Assembly: GCA_041483195.1 (NCBI GenBank)
Contig: JBGPFC010000001.1
Span: 64,001 to 128,000 of the forward strand
Length of the DNA: 64,000 nt
From: Candidatus Eiseniibacteriota bacterium
Lineage (GTDB): Bacteria > Eisenbacteria > RBG-16-71-46
Reading direction: 5' to 3'
How positions within the stretch are numbered: the stretch's first letter is position 1; each line of letters opens with the position of its first letter. Positions 48,492 through 58,375 of this stretch are shown piece by piece. The notes under the pieces are model-generated. The model saw only the letters and a list, made by a program, of their open reading frames with translations, did no database searches and was not told where the DNA came from. Position numbers and translations under genes: made by a program.

Positions 48492-49105
48492 CAGCGGCTC
48501 TTGAGGACGATGGACTCGATGACGTTCGCGACGTCCTCGCAGAGGTCGGCGGCGCCTTCGAGCCGGCCGTAGATCTCCTTCCAGCGCATGATGTCGAGCA
48601 CCTCGTGGGGGCCCGAGAACAGGTCGGCCACCACGTCACGCGAGATGGTGTCGGCCTCGTTCTCGAGGCGGTTGATCTCGATCGAGAACGACATCAGGCC
48701 CTTGAAGTCCTTGAGGTGGTCCACCGCCTGCTCAATCTGCGCGCCGCACTTCACCAGGATGGCGGTGAGCTGCCGGGCCTCGGGCGTCGTGCGCTGGACC
48801 TTGTAGAGCACCAGCCGGCTGCCGGTCGCCTCGACCGCATCGAGCACGTCGTCGAGGCCGCTCGCGAGGTTGTGGATGTCCTCGCGCTCGAGCGGCGTGA
48901 TGAAGGTGCGGTTGAGCCGCTCGAACAGGTCGTGGGTCACGATGTCGCCCTCGTGCTCGACGTCCTTGAGCGCCTTCGCGCGGGCTTCGAGATTGTCGAA
49001 GCGCTCCATCATCTCGTGGAGCTGATCGCAGCCCTTCTTCACAAGGGCGGCCTGCTTCTTGAAAAGCACGAAGAAGTTCTCTTCTCTGGGGAACAACGAG
49101 AACAT
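48491..49105 (-). CDS. DUF47 (PhoU-like) Pit accessory protein
   Basis: EHEGD, TFITPLEREDI, LENEAD, DLCEDVAN; ATG 49105. Confidence 0.93.
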   Translation of the reverse strand: MFSLFPREENFFVLFKKQAALVKKGCDQLHEMMERFDNLEARAKALKDVEHEGDIVTHDLFERLNRTFITPLEREDIHNLASGLDDVLDAVEATGSRLVLYKVQRTTPEARQLTAILVKCGAQIEQAVDHLKDFKGLMSFSIEINRLENEADTISRDVVADLFSGPHEVLDIMRWKEIYGRLEGAADLCEDVANVIESIVLKSR

Positions 49106-49294
49106 GGTCACCTCGCGGGCGTGAGCGTCATTGCGCGAGTCGCGGCGCAGCATGGGGGTCGATTTCCGCCGAAGGGATAGCACGGGACCGCGAGGGCGGG
49201 CAAGGCCGGCTCGGGTGTATGCTGCCCGGCGGTCTGGCCCGCACGGGTCCCCTGCCCCGCGGGCCTCGGTCCCCTATCTTCAGGAGGCGCCGCC

Positions 49295-51394
49295 ATGAAA
49301 CATCGTTCCCCGTTCATCGTGCTCGCCCTCGGCCTCTCGCTGTTCGCCCTCGCCGCGCACGCCGGCACCAGGCAGTGGACCAGCGACGACATCCTCGCGA
49401 TGAAGACCGTGAGCGACGCGCAGGTCTCCCCCGACGGCAAGTGGGTGGCGTACGTCGTGTCGGAGCTCAACGCCGACAGGAGCGAATACCAGACCGACGT
49501 GTGGCTGGTCTCCACCGCCGGCGGCGAGGCGCGCCGCCTCACCGCCTCCACCGCCGCCGACGAATTTCCGCGCTGGTCGCCCGACGGCAAGCTGGTCGCG
49601 TTCCTCTCCGAGCGCCCGCGCCCCAACGTGAAGCCCGACGCCCCGAAGGATCCGGGCGGCGATGAGGCCAAGCGCCAGCTCTGGCTGATTCACCCGGACG
49701 GCGGCGAGGCGTGGATGCTCTCCGACGCGAAGGGCGGCGTCTCGTCGTTCGAGTGGTCGCGCGACGGCAAGCAGGTCGCCTACCTCTCGAAGGAACCGAA
49801 GAGCGACGATCGCAAGAAGAAGGAAAAGGACAAGGACGACGCCATCACGCCGAGCGAGATGTACGCGTGGAACCGGCTGTGGGTGATGGACGTCGCGACC
49901 AGGAAGGCCACGCAGCTCACGAGCGGCGACTTTCACGTGTCGAGCTACTCGTTCGCGCCAGACGGCAAGCGACTCGCGATCGCGGGGCAGCCCACGCCGC
50001 TCATCCCCGACAACTTCAACTCGGACATCTACCTGATCTCGGCGGCCGGCGGAAAGCCCACGCCGCTGGTGGCGCGGCCCGGCACCGACAATCGCCCGGA
50101 GTGGTCGCCCGACGGCAAGTGGATCGCGTTCATCTCGCAGGACAGCCGCGGCACCGACTGGTTCACGAACAACTACGTGTGCATCGTCCCGCCCGCGGGC
50201 GGCGCGCCGAAGAACATCACCGCGACCTTCGACGAGCAGGCCGAGGGCCTGGGGGCCGGCGGACTCCAGTGGGCGCCGGATGGCAGTCACGTCGTGTTCC
50301 AGTCGAACCAGCACACCGCGCAGGCGATCTTCCGCGCGTTCCCCGACGGCAGGCCGGTCGAGCGCATCACGAACGGCCCCGAGATGAATTCGGTGCTCAG
50401 CTACGACGCGAAGGGCGACGTTGCGGTCTTCCTGCGGCAGGACAGCGAGCACCCGAACGAGGTCTATCGCCTCCCGCTCCCGAGCGGCGCGCCGGTCCAG
50501 CTCACCAACACCAACCCTCAAGTCGCCGACTTCCTCGCGTTCAGGAAGAACCTGATCACGTGGAAGGGCCCGGATGGAATGGACATCGAGGGGTTCGTGA
50601 TCTATCCGCCGAGTTTTAGGCAAGGGCAGAAGGTGCCGCTGCTGCTCAACGTGCACGGCGGGCCGGCGGGCACGCACTCGAACACGTGCAGCGTGGCCTC
50701 GAAGCTCTATCCGTGGCCGCTGTTCGCGCAGAAGGGCTACGCGATCCTGATGCCGAACCCGCGCGGCAGCGGCGGCTACGGCGAGGCGTTCCGCTCCGCG
50801 AACCGCCGCGACTGGGGCGGCAAGGATTACCAGGACATCATGGCGGGCGTCGACGCGCTGATCGAGCGCGGCGTGGTGGACTCCGATCACATGGCGGTGT
50901 GCGGCTGGTCGTACGGCGGGTTCATGACCTCGACCATCGTCACCAAGACCGACCGCTTCAAGGCGGCGGTGGTGGGCGCCGGGGTCACCGACCAGATCTC
51001 GATGAGCATGCTCACCGACATTCCCGATTTCAACCGCTCGTACTTCGGAGCCTGGCCGTGGGAGGATCCGCAGTTCTACGTCGACCACTCCGCGCTGCTG
51101 CACGCCGGCAACGTGAAGACGCCGACGCTCATCGTTCACGGGCAGGCCGACGATCGGGTGCCGACCGAGCAGGGCTGGGAGTTCTACCAGGCGCTCCACA
51201 AGCGCGGCATCGCGACCGACCTGCTGCTGCTCCCGCGCCAGCCGCACGGGCCGCGCGAGCCCAAGCTGCTGAAGACCGTTCAGCAGTGGCACCTCGACTG
51301 GATCGACAAGTACACACTCGCGCCATCGCCGGTCGCGCGTCGCGCGACCAAGCCGGCCGCGAGCGAGAAGGTCGCGACGGGCTCGACGCCATGA
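49295..51394 (+). CDS. S9 family peptidase (acylaminoacyl/dipeptidyl peptidase-like) with PD40 propeller
   Basis: WSPDGK repeats, HGGP, PNPRGSGGYG, GWSYGG, HGQADDRVP. Confidence 0.95.
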   Translation: MKHRSPFIVLALGLSLFALAAHAGTRQWTSDDILAMKTVSDAQVSPDGKWVAYVVSELNADRSEYQTDVWLVSTAGGEARRLTASTAADEFPRWSPDGKLVAFLSERPRPNVKPDAPKDPGGDEAKRQLWLIHPDGGEAWMLSDAKGGVSSFEWSRDGKQVAYLSKEPKSDDRKKKEKDKDDAITPSEMYAWNRLWVMDVATRKATQLTSGDFHVSSYSFAPDGKRLAIAGQPTPLIPDNFNSDIYLISAAGGKPTPLVARPGTDNRPEWSPDGKWIAFISQDSRGTDWFTNNYVCIVPPAGGAPKNITATFDEQAEGLGAGGLQWAPDGSHVVFQSNQHTAQAIFRAFPDGRPVERITNGPEMNSVLSYDAKGDVAVFLRQDSEHPNEVYRLPLPSGAPVQLTNTNPQVADFLAFRKNLITWKGPDGMDIEGFVIYPPSFRQGQKVPLLLNVHGGPAGTHSNTCSVASKLYPWPLFAQKGYAILMPNPRGSGGYGEAFRSANRRDWGGKDYQDIMAGVDALIERGVVDSDHMAVCGWSYGGFMTSTIVTKTDRFKAAVVGAGVTDQISMSMLTDIPDFNRSYFGAWPWEDPQFYVDHSALLHAGNVKTPTLIVHGQADDRVPTEQGWEFYQALHKRGIATDLLLLPRQPHGPREPKLLKTVQQWHLDWIDKYTLAPSPVARRATKPAASEKVATGSTP

Positions 51395-51481
51395 CGGCGC
51401 GGGCTCCGCACGGAGGCGGAACCCCTGCGTTGCGGACGGTCCGCGCATGAGGCGGCGGGCCGTCGCGGGAATCGACTCCCG

Positions 51482-52954
51482 GTGAAGCCGCTCGACCTGG
51501 TCGTGATCGGCGGCGGTATCACCGGGCTGGGCGTCGCGCGGCTCGCGGCGCGCAACGGGCTGGCCGTGGCGCTGATCGAGCGCGGCGACCTGGCCTCCGG
51601 CACCAGCAGCCGCTCGAGCCACATGCTGCACGGCGGGCTGCGCTACCTCGAGCACATGCGCTTCGCGCTGGTGCGCGAGTCGCTCGCCGAGCGCGCGGCG
51701 GTGAGCCGCATGGCGCCCGCGCTCGCGCACCCGCATCGCTTCATGGTGCCGGTCTATCGCGGCGATCGCGTGCCGGCGTGGAAGCTGCGCGCGGGCTTGA
51801 GGCTCTACGACTGGTTCGCGGGCGGGCAGGCGCTCGCGCCGCCCGCTTTCGTGCGCACCCGCGAGGCTCTGGAGCTGGAGCCCGCGCTCGCGGCCGATGG
51901 CCTGGTGGGCGCCGGCATCTACTCCGACGTGGTGATGGACGACGCCGCGCTGGGCGTGGCGGTGGCGCGCGACGCCGCAGCGCACGGCGCCGCGATTCAC
52001 ACCGGGCTCGAGGTCACGGCCGCGCGGCCGGTCGAAGATGCTTCATCGCCCGCCGGGCCCGCGCTGATCGAGCTGGGCGCGCGCGATCTGGCGAGCGGCG
52101 CAACGCTCACCTTCGACACCCGCACCGTCGTAAACGCCGCGGGCCCGTGGTGCGACGCGGTACGGCGGCTGCTGTTTCGCGGGCTCGCGCCCGGCACGCC
52201 CGATCCCGCCGCGCTGCTGCGCCCCTCGCGCGGGGCGCACCTCATCTACCCCGCGCTCACCCGCGGCCACGGGCTGCTGCTCACCGCGCATCAGGACGGC
52301 CGCGTATTCTTCGTGATTCCGTTCGGGCAGTACTCGCTGGTCGGCACCACCGAGATCGAGGTGCCATCGCCCCCGCCCGACGACGCGTTCGCGCCGACCG
52401 TCGAGGAGCTGCGCTACCTGCGCCGCGAGCTGGCGCACGCGCTGCCAGAGGCCGCCGGCGCGCCGCCGATCGCCGCGATCGCCGGGGTGCGCCCGCTGCT
52501 GCACTCGGAGGGCGCGGTCGGCGAGGCCTCGCGCGAGCACCACGTGGTCGAGGAGCACGGCGTGTTCAGCGTCGCCGGCGGCAAGTACACCACCTTTCGC
52601 GTGATGGCGCGCGACACGCTGGCCATGGTCGCGAAGCACCTCGGCCGCACCGCGCCGATCGAGGACTCCGAGGATCGGCTCCCCGCGCCGGTCGCATCGA
52701 GCGCGAGCCTCGATCAGATCGCGCGCCACGCCGCAGAGCACGAGTTCGCGCGGCACCTCGACGACGTGCTGCGGCGGCGCACGCTGCTGTGGCTCACCCC
52801 CGACCGCGGCCGCCTCGCCGCGCCCGAAGTGGCGACCGTGCTCGCCGAGACGCTTGGCTGGAGCGCCGCGCGCACCAAGGAGGAGCTCGAGCGCTACGAC
52901 GCGGGGCTGGTGGACGAGGAGGCTCTGATCCGGCGCGCGATGGAGGCATTATGA
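51482..52954 (+). CDS. glpD: FAD-dependent glycerol-3-phosphate dehydrogenase
   Basis: IGGGITG, ASGTSSRSS.MLHGGLRYLE, NAAGPW, GGKYTTFR. Confidence 0.92.
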   Translation: MKPLDLVVIGGGITGLGVARLAARNGLAVALIERGDLASGTSSRSSHMLHGGLRYLEHMRFALVRESLAERAAVSRMAPALAHPHRFMVPVYRGDRVPAWKLRAGLRLYDWFAGGQALAPPAFVRTREALELEPALAADGLVGAGIYSDVVMDDAALGVAVARDAAAHGAAIHTGLEVTAARPVEDASSPAGPALIELGARDLASGATLTFDTRTVVNAAGPWCDAVRRLLFRGLAPGTPDPAALLRPSRGAHLIYPALTRGHGLLLTAHQDGRVFFVIPFGQYSLVGTTEIEVPSPPPDDAFAPTVEELRYLRRELAHALPEAAGAPPIAAIAGVRPLLHSEGAVGEASREHHVVEEHGVFSVAGGKYTTFRVMARDTLAMVAKHLGRTAPIEDSEDRLPAPVASSASLDQIARHAAEHEFARHLDDVLRRRTLLWLTPDRGRLAAPEVATVLAETLGWSAARTKEELERYDAGLVDEEALIRRAMEAL

Positions 52955-54438
52955 GCGGACGCTACGTGCTGGCGATCGATTCCGGCACCACCGGCAGCAC
53001 CGCGCTGCTGATGGACCACGCGGGCGCGGTGCGCGGCCGCGGCTACTCCGAGCTGCCGCAGCATTTCCCCAAGCCCGGCTGGGTGGAGCACGAGGGCGGC
53101 GAGATCTGGGAGTGCGCGCTGACCGCGGTGCGCCGCGCGCTGCGCGGGGCACGGGCCCGCGGCGCCGACGTGGTGGCGATCGGGATCACCAACCAGCGCG
53201 AGACCGCGCTCCTCTGGGATCGCGCGAGCGGGAAGCCCGTGCATCGCGCGATCGTGTGGCAGGACCGCAGGACCAGCGATCGATGCGCTGCGCTGAAGCG
53301 CTTAGGGGTAGAGGCCGACGTTCGGCGGCGCACCGGGCTGGTGCTCGATCCCTACTTCTCGGCGACCAAGCTCGAGTGGATGCTCGCGCGCGACGCGGTG
53401 CTTCGCGCCCGCGCGCGGCGCGGCGCGATCGCCTTCGGCACCGTTGACGCGTGGCTGGTGTGGAAGCTCACCGGCGGCGCGACCCACGCGACCGATTGCA
53501 GCAACGCATCGCGCACGCTGCTCTACAACATCCGCCGCCTCGAGTGGGACGAGACGCTGCTGCGCCGCTTCGGCGTGCCGCGCGCCGTGCTGCCCGAGGT
53601 GCGCTGGTCGAGCGGCGGCTTCGGCGTGACGCGCGGCGCGCGCGTGCTGCCCGACGGGATTCCCATCGCCGGGATCGCCGGGGACCAGCAGGCCGCGCTG
53701 TTCGGCCAGGGCTGCGTCGCGCCCGGTCAGTCGAAGAACACGTACGGCACCGGATGCTTCCTGCTGCTCCACACCGGAGCGAAGCCGGTGGCGTCGCGCG
53801 CGGGCCTGCTCACCACCGTCGCGTGCGGCCCGCGCGGCGAGCCGGCCTACGCGCTCGAGGGGAGCGTGTTCATCGCGGGCGCCGCGCTGCAATGGCTGCG
53901 CGATGGGCTCGGGTTCATGAAGCGCGCGAGCGAGAGCGAGGCGCTCGCGAAATCGGTGAGCGATTCCGGCGGCGTGGTGATGGTGCCGGCGTTCGTGGGA
54001 TTGGGCGCGCCTTACTGGCGCCCCGACGTGCGCGGCGCGCTGCTCGGCCTCACGCGCGGCACCACGCGCGCCCACATCGTGCGCGCCGCGCTCGAGTCGC
54101 TCGCGTTCCAGAGCCGCGACCTGGTGGAGGCGATGGAGCGCGACGCGAAGCAGCGCGTGCGGCGGCTGCGCGTGGATGGCGGCGCGGCGGCGAACGACTT
54201 CCTCATGCAATACCAGTCGGATCTGCTGGGCGTGCCGGTCGAGCGGCCGCGCGTGGTCGAGACGACCGCGCTGGGCGCGGGACTGCTCGCGGGGCTGGGC
54301 GTGGGATTCTGGAAGTCGCACCGCGAGCTGGATCGCGCGCGGAAGATGGAGCGGGTGTTTGCGCCGAAGCGGACGAAGGCGTGGCGCGACGGGGAGTATG
54401 CGAGGTGGAAGCGGGCGGTGGGGATGATGGTGGCTTAG
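52951..54438 (+). CDS. glpK: glycerol kinase
   Basis: AIDSGTTGS, ITNQRET, WQDRRT, DPYFSATK, GDQQAALFGQ, KNTYGTG. Confidence 0.96.
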   Translation: MSGRYVLAIDSGTTGSTALLMDHAGAVRGRGYSELPQHFPKPGWVEHEGGEIWECALTAVRRALRGARARGADVVAIGITNQRETALLWDRASGKPVHRAIVWQDRRTSDRCAALKRLGVEADVRRRTGLVLDPYFSATKLEWMLARDAVLRARARRGAIAFGTVDAWLVWKLTGGATHATDCSNASRTLLYNIRRLEWDETLLRRFGVPRAVLPEVRWSSGGFGVTRGARVLPDGIPIAGIAGDQQAALFGQGCVAPGQSKNTYGTGCFLLLHTGAKPVASRAGLLTTVACGPRGEPAYALEGSVFIAGAALQWLRDGLGFMKRASESEALAKSVSDSGGVVMVPAFVGLGAPYWRPDVRGALLGLTRGTTRAHIVRAALESLAFQSRDLVEAMERDAKQRVRRLRVDGGAAANDFLMQYQSDLLGVPVERPRVVETTALGAGLLAGLGVGFWKSHRELDRARKMERVFAPKRTKAWRDGEYARWKRAVGMMVA

Positions 54439-54461
54439 GAGATCGCTGCTCTATCCGGCTG

Positions 54462-54517
54462 GGCTGCCGGGCCACGGGCGGGTCACTCTGGCGGGCTTGC
54501 CGCCCGTCAGGGCAGCC
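54462..54517. terminator. hairpin between convergent genes
   Basis: GGCTGCC/GGCAGCC and ACGGGCGG/CCGCCCGT arms; no U-tract. Confidence 0.35.
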
Positions 54518-54532
54518 ATCGTGTCCTGCCCC

Positions 54533-55111
54533 TCACAGGTCCGCGACTTCTCGCCGGGCTCGCTCGAGCAGGTCGGTGATGCCCAGTTCCCGTGCCCAGC
54601 GGTCAAGGTAGGTCTCGTCGAGTTTTCCGCGCGCGGCCGCAAGGATCGAGTGAACATCTCGCCGCTGGCGGTCCGACACCTCGCCCCCACGCCGAAACCA
54701 CTCGAGCTTTCGCAGGATCGTGTCCTCGGGACTCTTGAGGAGCACCGCATGCCCTTGGTCGTCGCCGACGACCTGCCTGATGGAACGGCGCAGCTCCTCG
54801 GCGTCGAACGGTGCCGCGCCCTTGATGAAGAAGTCGATCTTGAACGACGTCTGGTCGTGGATGGCGTTGAACATGCTTCGCCCCGACAGCGCTTCCGCCA
54901 TCGCCGAGCGGCTGACATAGAACTCGGGTTCGAGCGCGCGAGCCAGGGCTTCCAACTGATCGCCGGTGGGGTCGATGACGAAATCGATGTCTGCCGAGGC
55001 ACGGTACATGCCATGCGCCGAGCTCGCGATCGATCCACCCACGTGGTAGGGAATGCCCAGCCGCTCGAGGAGCTCGGCGACATAGACCAGGAATTCAGTG
55101 GGCAGGGTCAC
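54533..55111 (-). CDS. nucleotidyltransferase-fold putative toxin (MenT1/AbiEii-like)
   Basis: VGGSIASSAHG..RASADIDFV, KIDFF, SPEDTILRKL, RD. Confidence 0.8.
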   Translation of the reverse strand: MTLPTEFLVYVAELLERLGIPYHVGGSIASSAHGMYRASADIDFVIDPTGDQLEALARALEPEFYVSRSAMAEALSGRSMFNAIHDQTSFKIDFFIKGAAPFDAEELRRSIRQVVGDDQGHAVLLKSPEDTILRKLEWFRRGGEVSDRQRRDVHSILAAARGKLDETYLDRWARELGITDLLERARREVADL

Positions 55112-55395
55112 GGCGCCGGTCGTGCGAGGCGGGCACGACGGTGTTCAAGCACCCTCGCGGCGGGGTCCGGGCCGAGGACGAGCTCGAAGAACAGCGCGTC
55201 GAGCTCCGCCTCCGCAATTCCCGGGTGGCGCCGTCTCAAACCCTCCCTGCTCATCGATCGGGCGAGCCGGGTGAGGTCGTCCATGAGCGCCAGCCGCCGT
55301 CTGGGTGGGATGCGGCGCAAGGCGACGAACTGTGCGCGGAGCGCCTCGCGGGAGGTGTCGCCGTCAAAGCGAGCACCGCCCCCGATGGGGGTCAC
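55108..55395 (-). CDS. small helical putative antitoxin (MenA1/Rv0078B-like)
   Basis: DTSREA...RRLALMDDL...GLRRRHP; GTGA overlap with the NTase gene. Confidence 0.7.
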   Translation of the reverse strand: MTPIGGGARFDGDTSREALRAQFVALRRIPPRRRLALMDDLTRLARSMSREGLRRRHPGIAEAELDALFFELVLGPDPAARVLEHRRARLARPAP

Positions 55396-55446
55396 AGTTT
55401 GTCTCCCTGATCGAGATCCGGCATCGGCTGCATATGTCTCGCGAGC

Positions 55447-56778
55447 TTACCTCGCCGCGCACTTCGTGCACCACATGCCGGTCTTGATGACGCCGGCGAG
55501 AGTCGAGAAACGATGGCCGCGGGCGCATTCGAAGCGAAGCGGTCTGCGATGGTCGTCCCATGTGGACGTGAGACAGCGTCCCCCGCGTTCGATGGCGAGC
55601 GCCCTCATGCCTTCGAGCGTGCCCCTCGCGGAATGGGCACAGGTGGGGCACCAGCCGCCCTTTCGAACGTTGAACGGGAGGGCCGACCACGTGTGGCCCC
55701 GTGCGCACCTCCATCGGAGCGCTACCTTCGACGCGTGATACTCCTTCGAAAGACACAGGCCACCCCGTTCGGTGGCCAACTCGCGCATGATCTCGATGCT
55801 CAGCCGTGCGAGGCTGTGCCCGCCGCGGACCCGGCAGATCGGGCACCACGTTCCCTGGATGATCGAGCCGGGCACGGCTCGCCATTCGTGGCCTTCGCGG
55901 CAACGCCATCGAAGCTTCGTCGCGGCGCCTCCGTATCTCGGCGACTGGCATTCCCCTCCGCGCTCCCGAGCGACCCGCCGCATTCGCTCGAGATCGCCCG
56001 GCAAGAGGCTGCGGCATCTCCAGCACCAACCGCCTCCCTTGACCATCGCCGCCGTCTTGAGGAATCGATGGCCCTGCGGGCACCGCCACTCGAGCTTCGC
56101 CGGGCCGCCCCGATAGCGTTGCGAGAGAAGCTCGCCGCCCCACCGCTCGGCGAGAGATCGCAGGTCGGCGAGTGTCGAGGCTTCCTTGCAGATCGGGCAC
56201 CACACACCCGCGTCGATGCTCTCGGCCGTGGTCTGCCATACGTGCCCGCGCCCGCAGCGAACCTCGAATGACTTCTTCGAGTGGCGGAATCCGGGGGGGA
56301 CGATTCTTCCTCCGCTTCGCTCGACTCGCCTCTCGAGGCGGCGAGCCACCACCTGACGCCGCGCGGCGTTTATCTCCAATCGATGCGGATGTGGGCAGAC
56401 CGGGCACCAGCTGCCCTGGATGATGCTCTCGGGAACCGTCACCCATTCGTGCCCGGCGTGGCACCGGTAACGCTGCCTCGTCTGCGAATTGATGTACTCG
56501 CGCGAGACGACGGTGCCCCGTTTCCGGGCGACGATCCGGTAGAGACGGGCGCGCGCTTCGCTGCTCTGCCGCCTCGCGCCCCGGATCCTCGCGCACAGCG
56601 AGCACCACTTGCCCTGCTTGACGGCGCTGGGGGTCTGCTCCCAGACGTGGCCCGCTGCGCAGCGGAACCGCAGTTTCGTCGCGTCGCCGAGGTAGGCGCG
56701 CGAAAGCAGCAGTCCGCCGCGCGCGTTCGCCATGCTGCGAAGTCGCGTGAAATAGAAGTCTGGAGGCCGGCGCTTCAC
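55447..56778 (-). CDS. protein with seven tandem Zn-ribbon repeats
   Basis: 7 units of RGG..LS..Y.....L.WRCxxGHxW......I..GxWCPxC. Confidence 0.85.
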   Translation of the reverse strand: MKRRPPDFYFTRLRSMANARGGLLLSRAYLGDATKLRFRCAAGHVWEQTPSAVKQGKWCSLCARIRGARRQSSEARARLYRIVARKRGTVVSREYINSQTRQRYRCHAGHEWVTVPESIIQGSWCPVCPHPHRLEINAARRQVVARRLERRVERSGGRIVPPGFRHSKKSFEVRCGRGHVWQTTAESIDAGVWCPICKEASTLADLRSLAERWGGELLSQRYRGGPAKLEWRCPQGHRFLKTAAMVKGGGWCWRCRSLLPGDLERMRRVARERGGECQSPRYGGAATKLRWRCREGHEWRAVPGSIIQGTWCPICRVRGGHSLARLSIEIMRELATERGGLCLSKEYHASKVALRWRCARGHTWSALPFNVRKGGWCPTCAHSARGTLEGMRALAIERGGRCLTSTWDDHRRPLRFECARGHRFSTLAGVIKTGMWCTKCAAR

Positions 56779-56821
56779 GAATGTCCCAATGCCTCACATC
56801 GCGGGTCTGCTGCCGTTCGGA

Positions 56822-57367
56822 TCACCCGGCCACTTTCTCGGTGGCTCCGATCTTCGCCCCGGTGCCGAGAAAAGTCCTCCGCATCAACCTCTCGACGGCG
56901 GACATCGCGGCTTCCAACTCGGCGCGCTTTCGGCTCACCTCTTGATTCGCACCGGCTTCCCCTGCCAGCGCTTCGGCGCAGCGCTCCCTGAGCGGCAGGC
57001 GAACGTGGCGCTGCCCCAACTGCGCGAGCAGTCCGTGCACTCGCCGAATCCGGCTCAGCGCCTCCGCGACGTGTTCCGCCGCCCGCTCGACCGGCACCGT
57101 TCCGCGGCGCACGTCCTGAAGCAACCGGCACTCGAACGTTCGACAGCACTTCGGTCGGTGGGCGTAGATGCCGCAGCGTCTTCCTCGCAAGGCCGCGCAC
57201 GGTTGCACGAGCAGCCCGCCGCTCTCGTCGCCGTCTTCGACCTCGAGTCCGAGGATCTCGAGCCGGGTTGCTTCAGGCTCGCCGACCAGTTCCACGTCGG
57301 CGAACAACGAGCCGTCGCAACACAGCCCGCACCGCGTGCACAGCGTGTCCGTGAGGCTCGCTGACAT
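56822..57367 (-). CDS. YkgJ family (CxxCxxCC) cysteine-cluster protein
   Basis: LCTRCGLCCDG, QPCAAL, CGIYAHRPKCCRTFEC. Confidence 0.9.
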   Translation of the reverse strand: MSASLTDTLCTRCGLCCDGSLFADVELVGEPEATRLEILGLEVEDGDESGGLLVQPCAALRGRRCGIYAHRPKCCRTFECRLLQDVRRGTVPVERAAEHVAEALSRIRRVHGLLAQLGQRHVRLPLRERCAEALAGEAGANQEVSRKRAELEAAMSAVERLMRRTFLGTGAKIGATEKVAG

Positions 57368-57415
57368 GCGGGGACCATCGCGCATCGCGCCGAAAGATGA
57401 AAGCGGCTTGATACG

Positions 57416-57670
57416 TCAGGCGTCAGGTCCCCGACTCAGTCGCCGCTCGATCGCCTGCCGGATCGCCCTCGCGCCCGGCAGGACGCCCAGGAAACCCAAC
57501 GCGCCCGCCTCGATCGCGGGCTCGCCGTCGACGAGCACGGTGAATTCGCCGTAGCTGCCAACGACTTGCTCGATCTCGATGCCGAGCGCTCTCTTCAGAC
57601 CCGCCGCCACCCGGACGGCATGGAGCCCGCTGATTCAATAGTGACAGGATCGAAACACCACGCGTGCCAT
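57416..57670 (-). CDS. putative SelW/Rdx-family selenoprotein (CHYU); Sec at TGA 57635-57637
   Basis: GGAGG RBS and ATG 57670: MARVVFRSCHY-U-ISGLHAVRVAAGLKRALG...GSYGEFTVLVDGE; hairpin GCCGUC-CGGGU-GGCGGC at +16..+32. Confidence 0.85.
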
Positions 57671-57701
57671 GCGACCTCCCTCAAGAGATCTGGAGCCGCG
57701 T

Positions 57702-58151
57702 CTAGAGCTGGACCACGGCGCCCAGCAGCAGGGCGGTTCCTATCATGAGCCATCCGATGTAGCGACTGTCGGCCGCGCAGATGCCTCGCCTGGGGGCCGG
57801 CATGAACGACCAGAAGACCAGGATCCATGGAAAGAGCCAGATGGTGTCCCGCGTCCGCTCGGCCCATGATTCCGGGCTCGCCGCGAGCACGGGCGTGATC
57901 AGCACGGCGGCGCCCATGATGGCCACCATGGACAGGTAGGCCCGCTTCGGGTACGGCGTGTGCCGTACGTTGAGCGCCGCGATCGCGAGTAATCCCAGCA
58001 CCGCCAGCGGCGTCGCCGCGAACACGCCCGATTCACTGACCGCAGTCCGCCTCGTGAGCGCCGCCGTGGCGAGCTGCGTCACCAGCAGGATGCCGACACC
58101 GATCGATGCTCGCTTCCTGCCCGGCTTCTCGGGCCGCCTCGCCTGATCCAC
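57702..58151 (-). CDS. hypothetical membrane protein (4-5 TM)
   Basis: Hydrophobic segments; GGAG RBS before GTG 58151. Confidence 0.7.
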   Translation of the reverse strand: MDQARRPEKPGRKRASIGVGILLVTQLATAALTRRTAVSESGVFAATPLAVLGLLAIAALNVRHTPYPKRAYLSMVAIMGAAVLITPVLAASPESWAERTRDTIWLFPWILVFWSFMPAPRRGICAADSRYIGWLMIGTALLLGAVVQL

Positions 58152-58165
58152 GGTGAGTCTCCGTT

Positions 58166-58375
58166 CTATCTCGACTTCCGATCCCGCTCCGGCTCGAACA
58201 CTTCCTCGATGCGCTTTCCGAACAGCCGCGCGATCTTGAACGCCAGCGGCAGGCTCGGGTCGTACTTCAGGGTCTCGATCGCGTTGACGGTCTGCCGCGA
58301 AACGTCGAGCTCGGCCGCGAGCTCGCCCTGCGACCAGCCCCGCTCGCCGCGCAGCCGGCTCACGTCGTTCTTCAT
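58166..58375 (-). CDS. Xre/Cro-family HTH transcriptional regulator
   Basis: MKNDVSRLRGERGWSQGELAAELDVSRQTVNAIETLKYDPSLPLAFKIARLF. Confidence 0.95.
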   Translation of the reverse strand: MKNDVSRLRGERGWSQGELAAELDVSRQTVNAIETLKYDPSLPLAFKIARLFGKRIEEVFEPERDRKSR

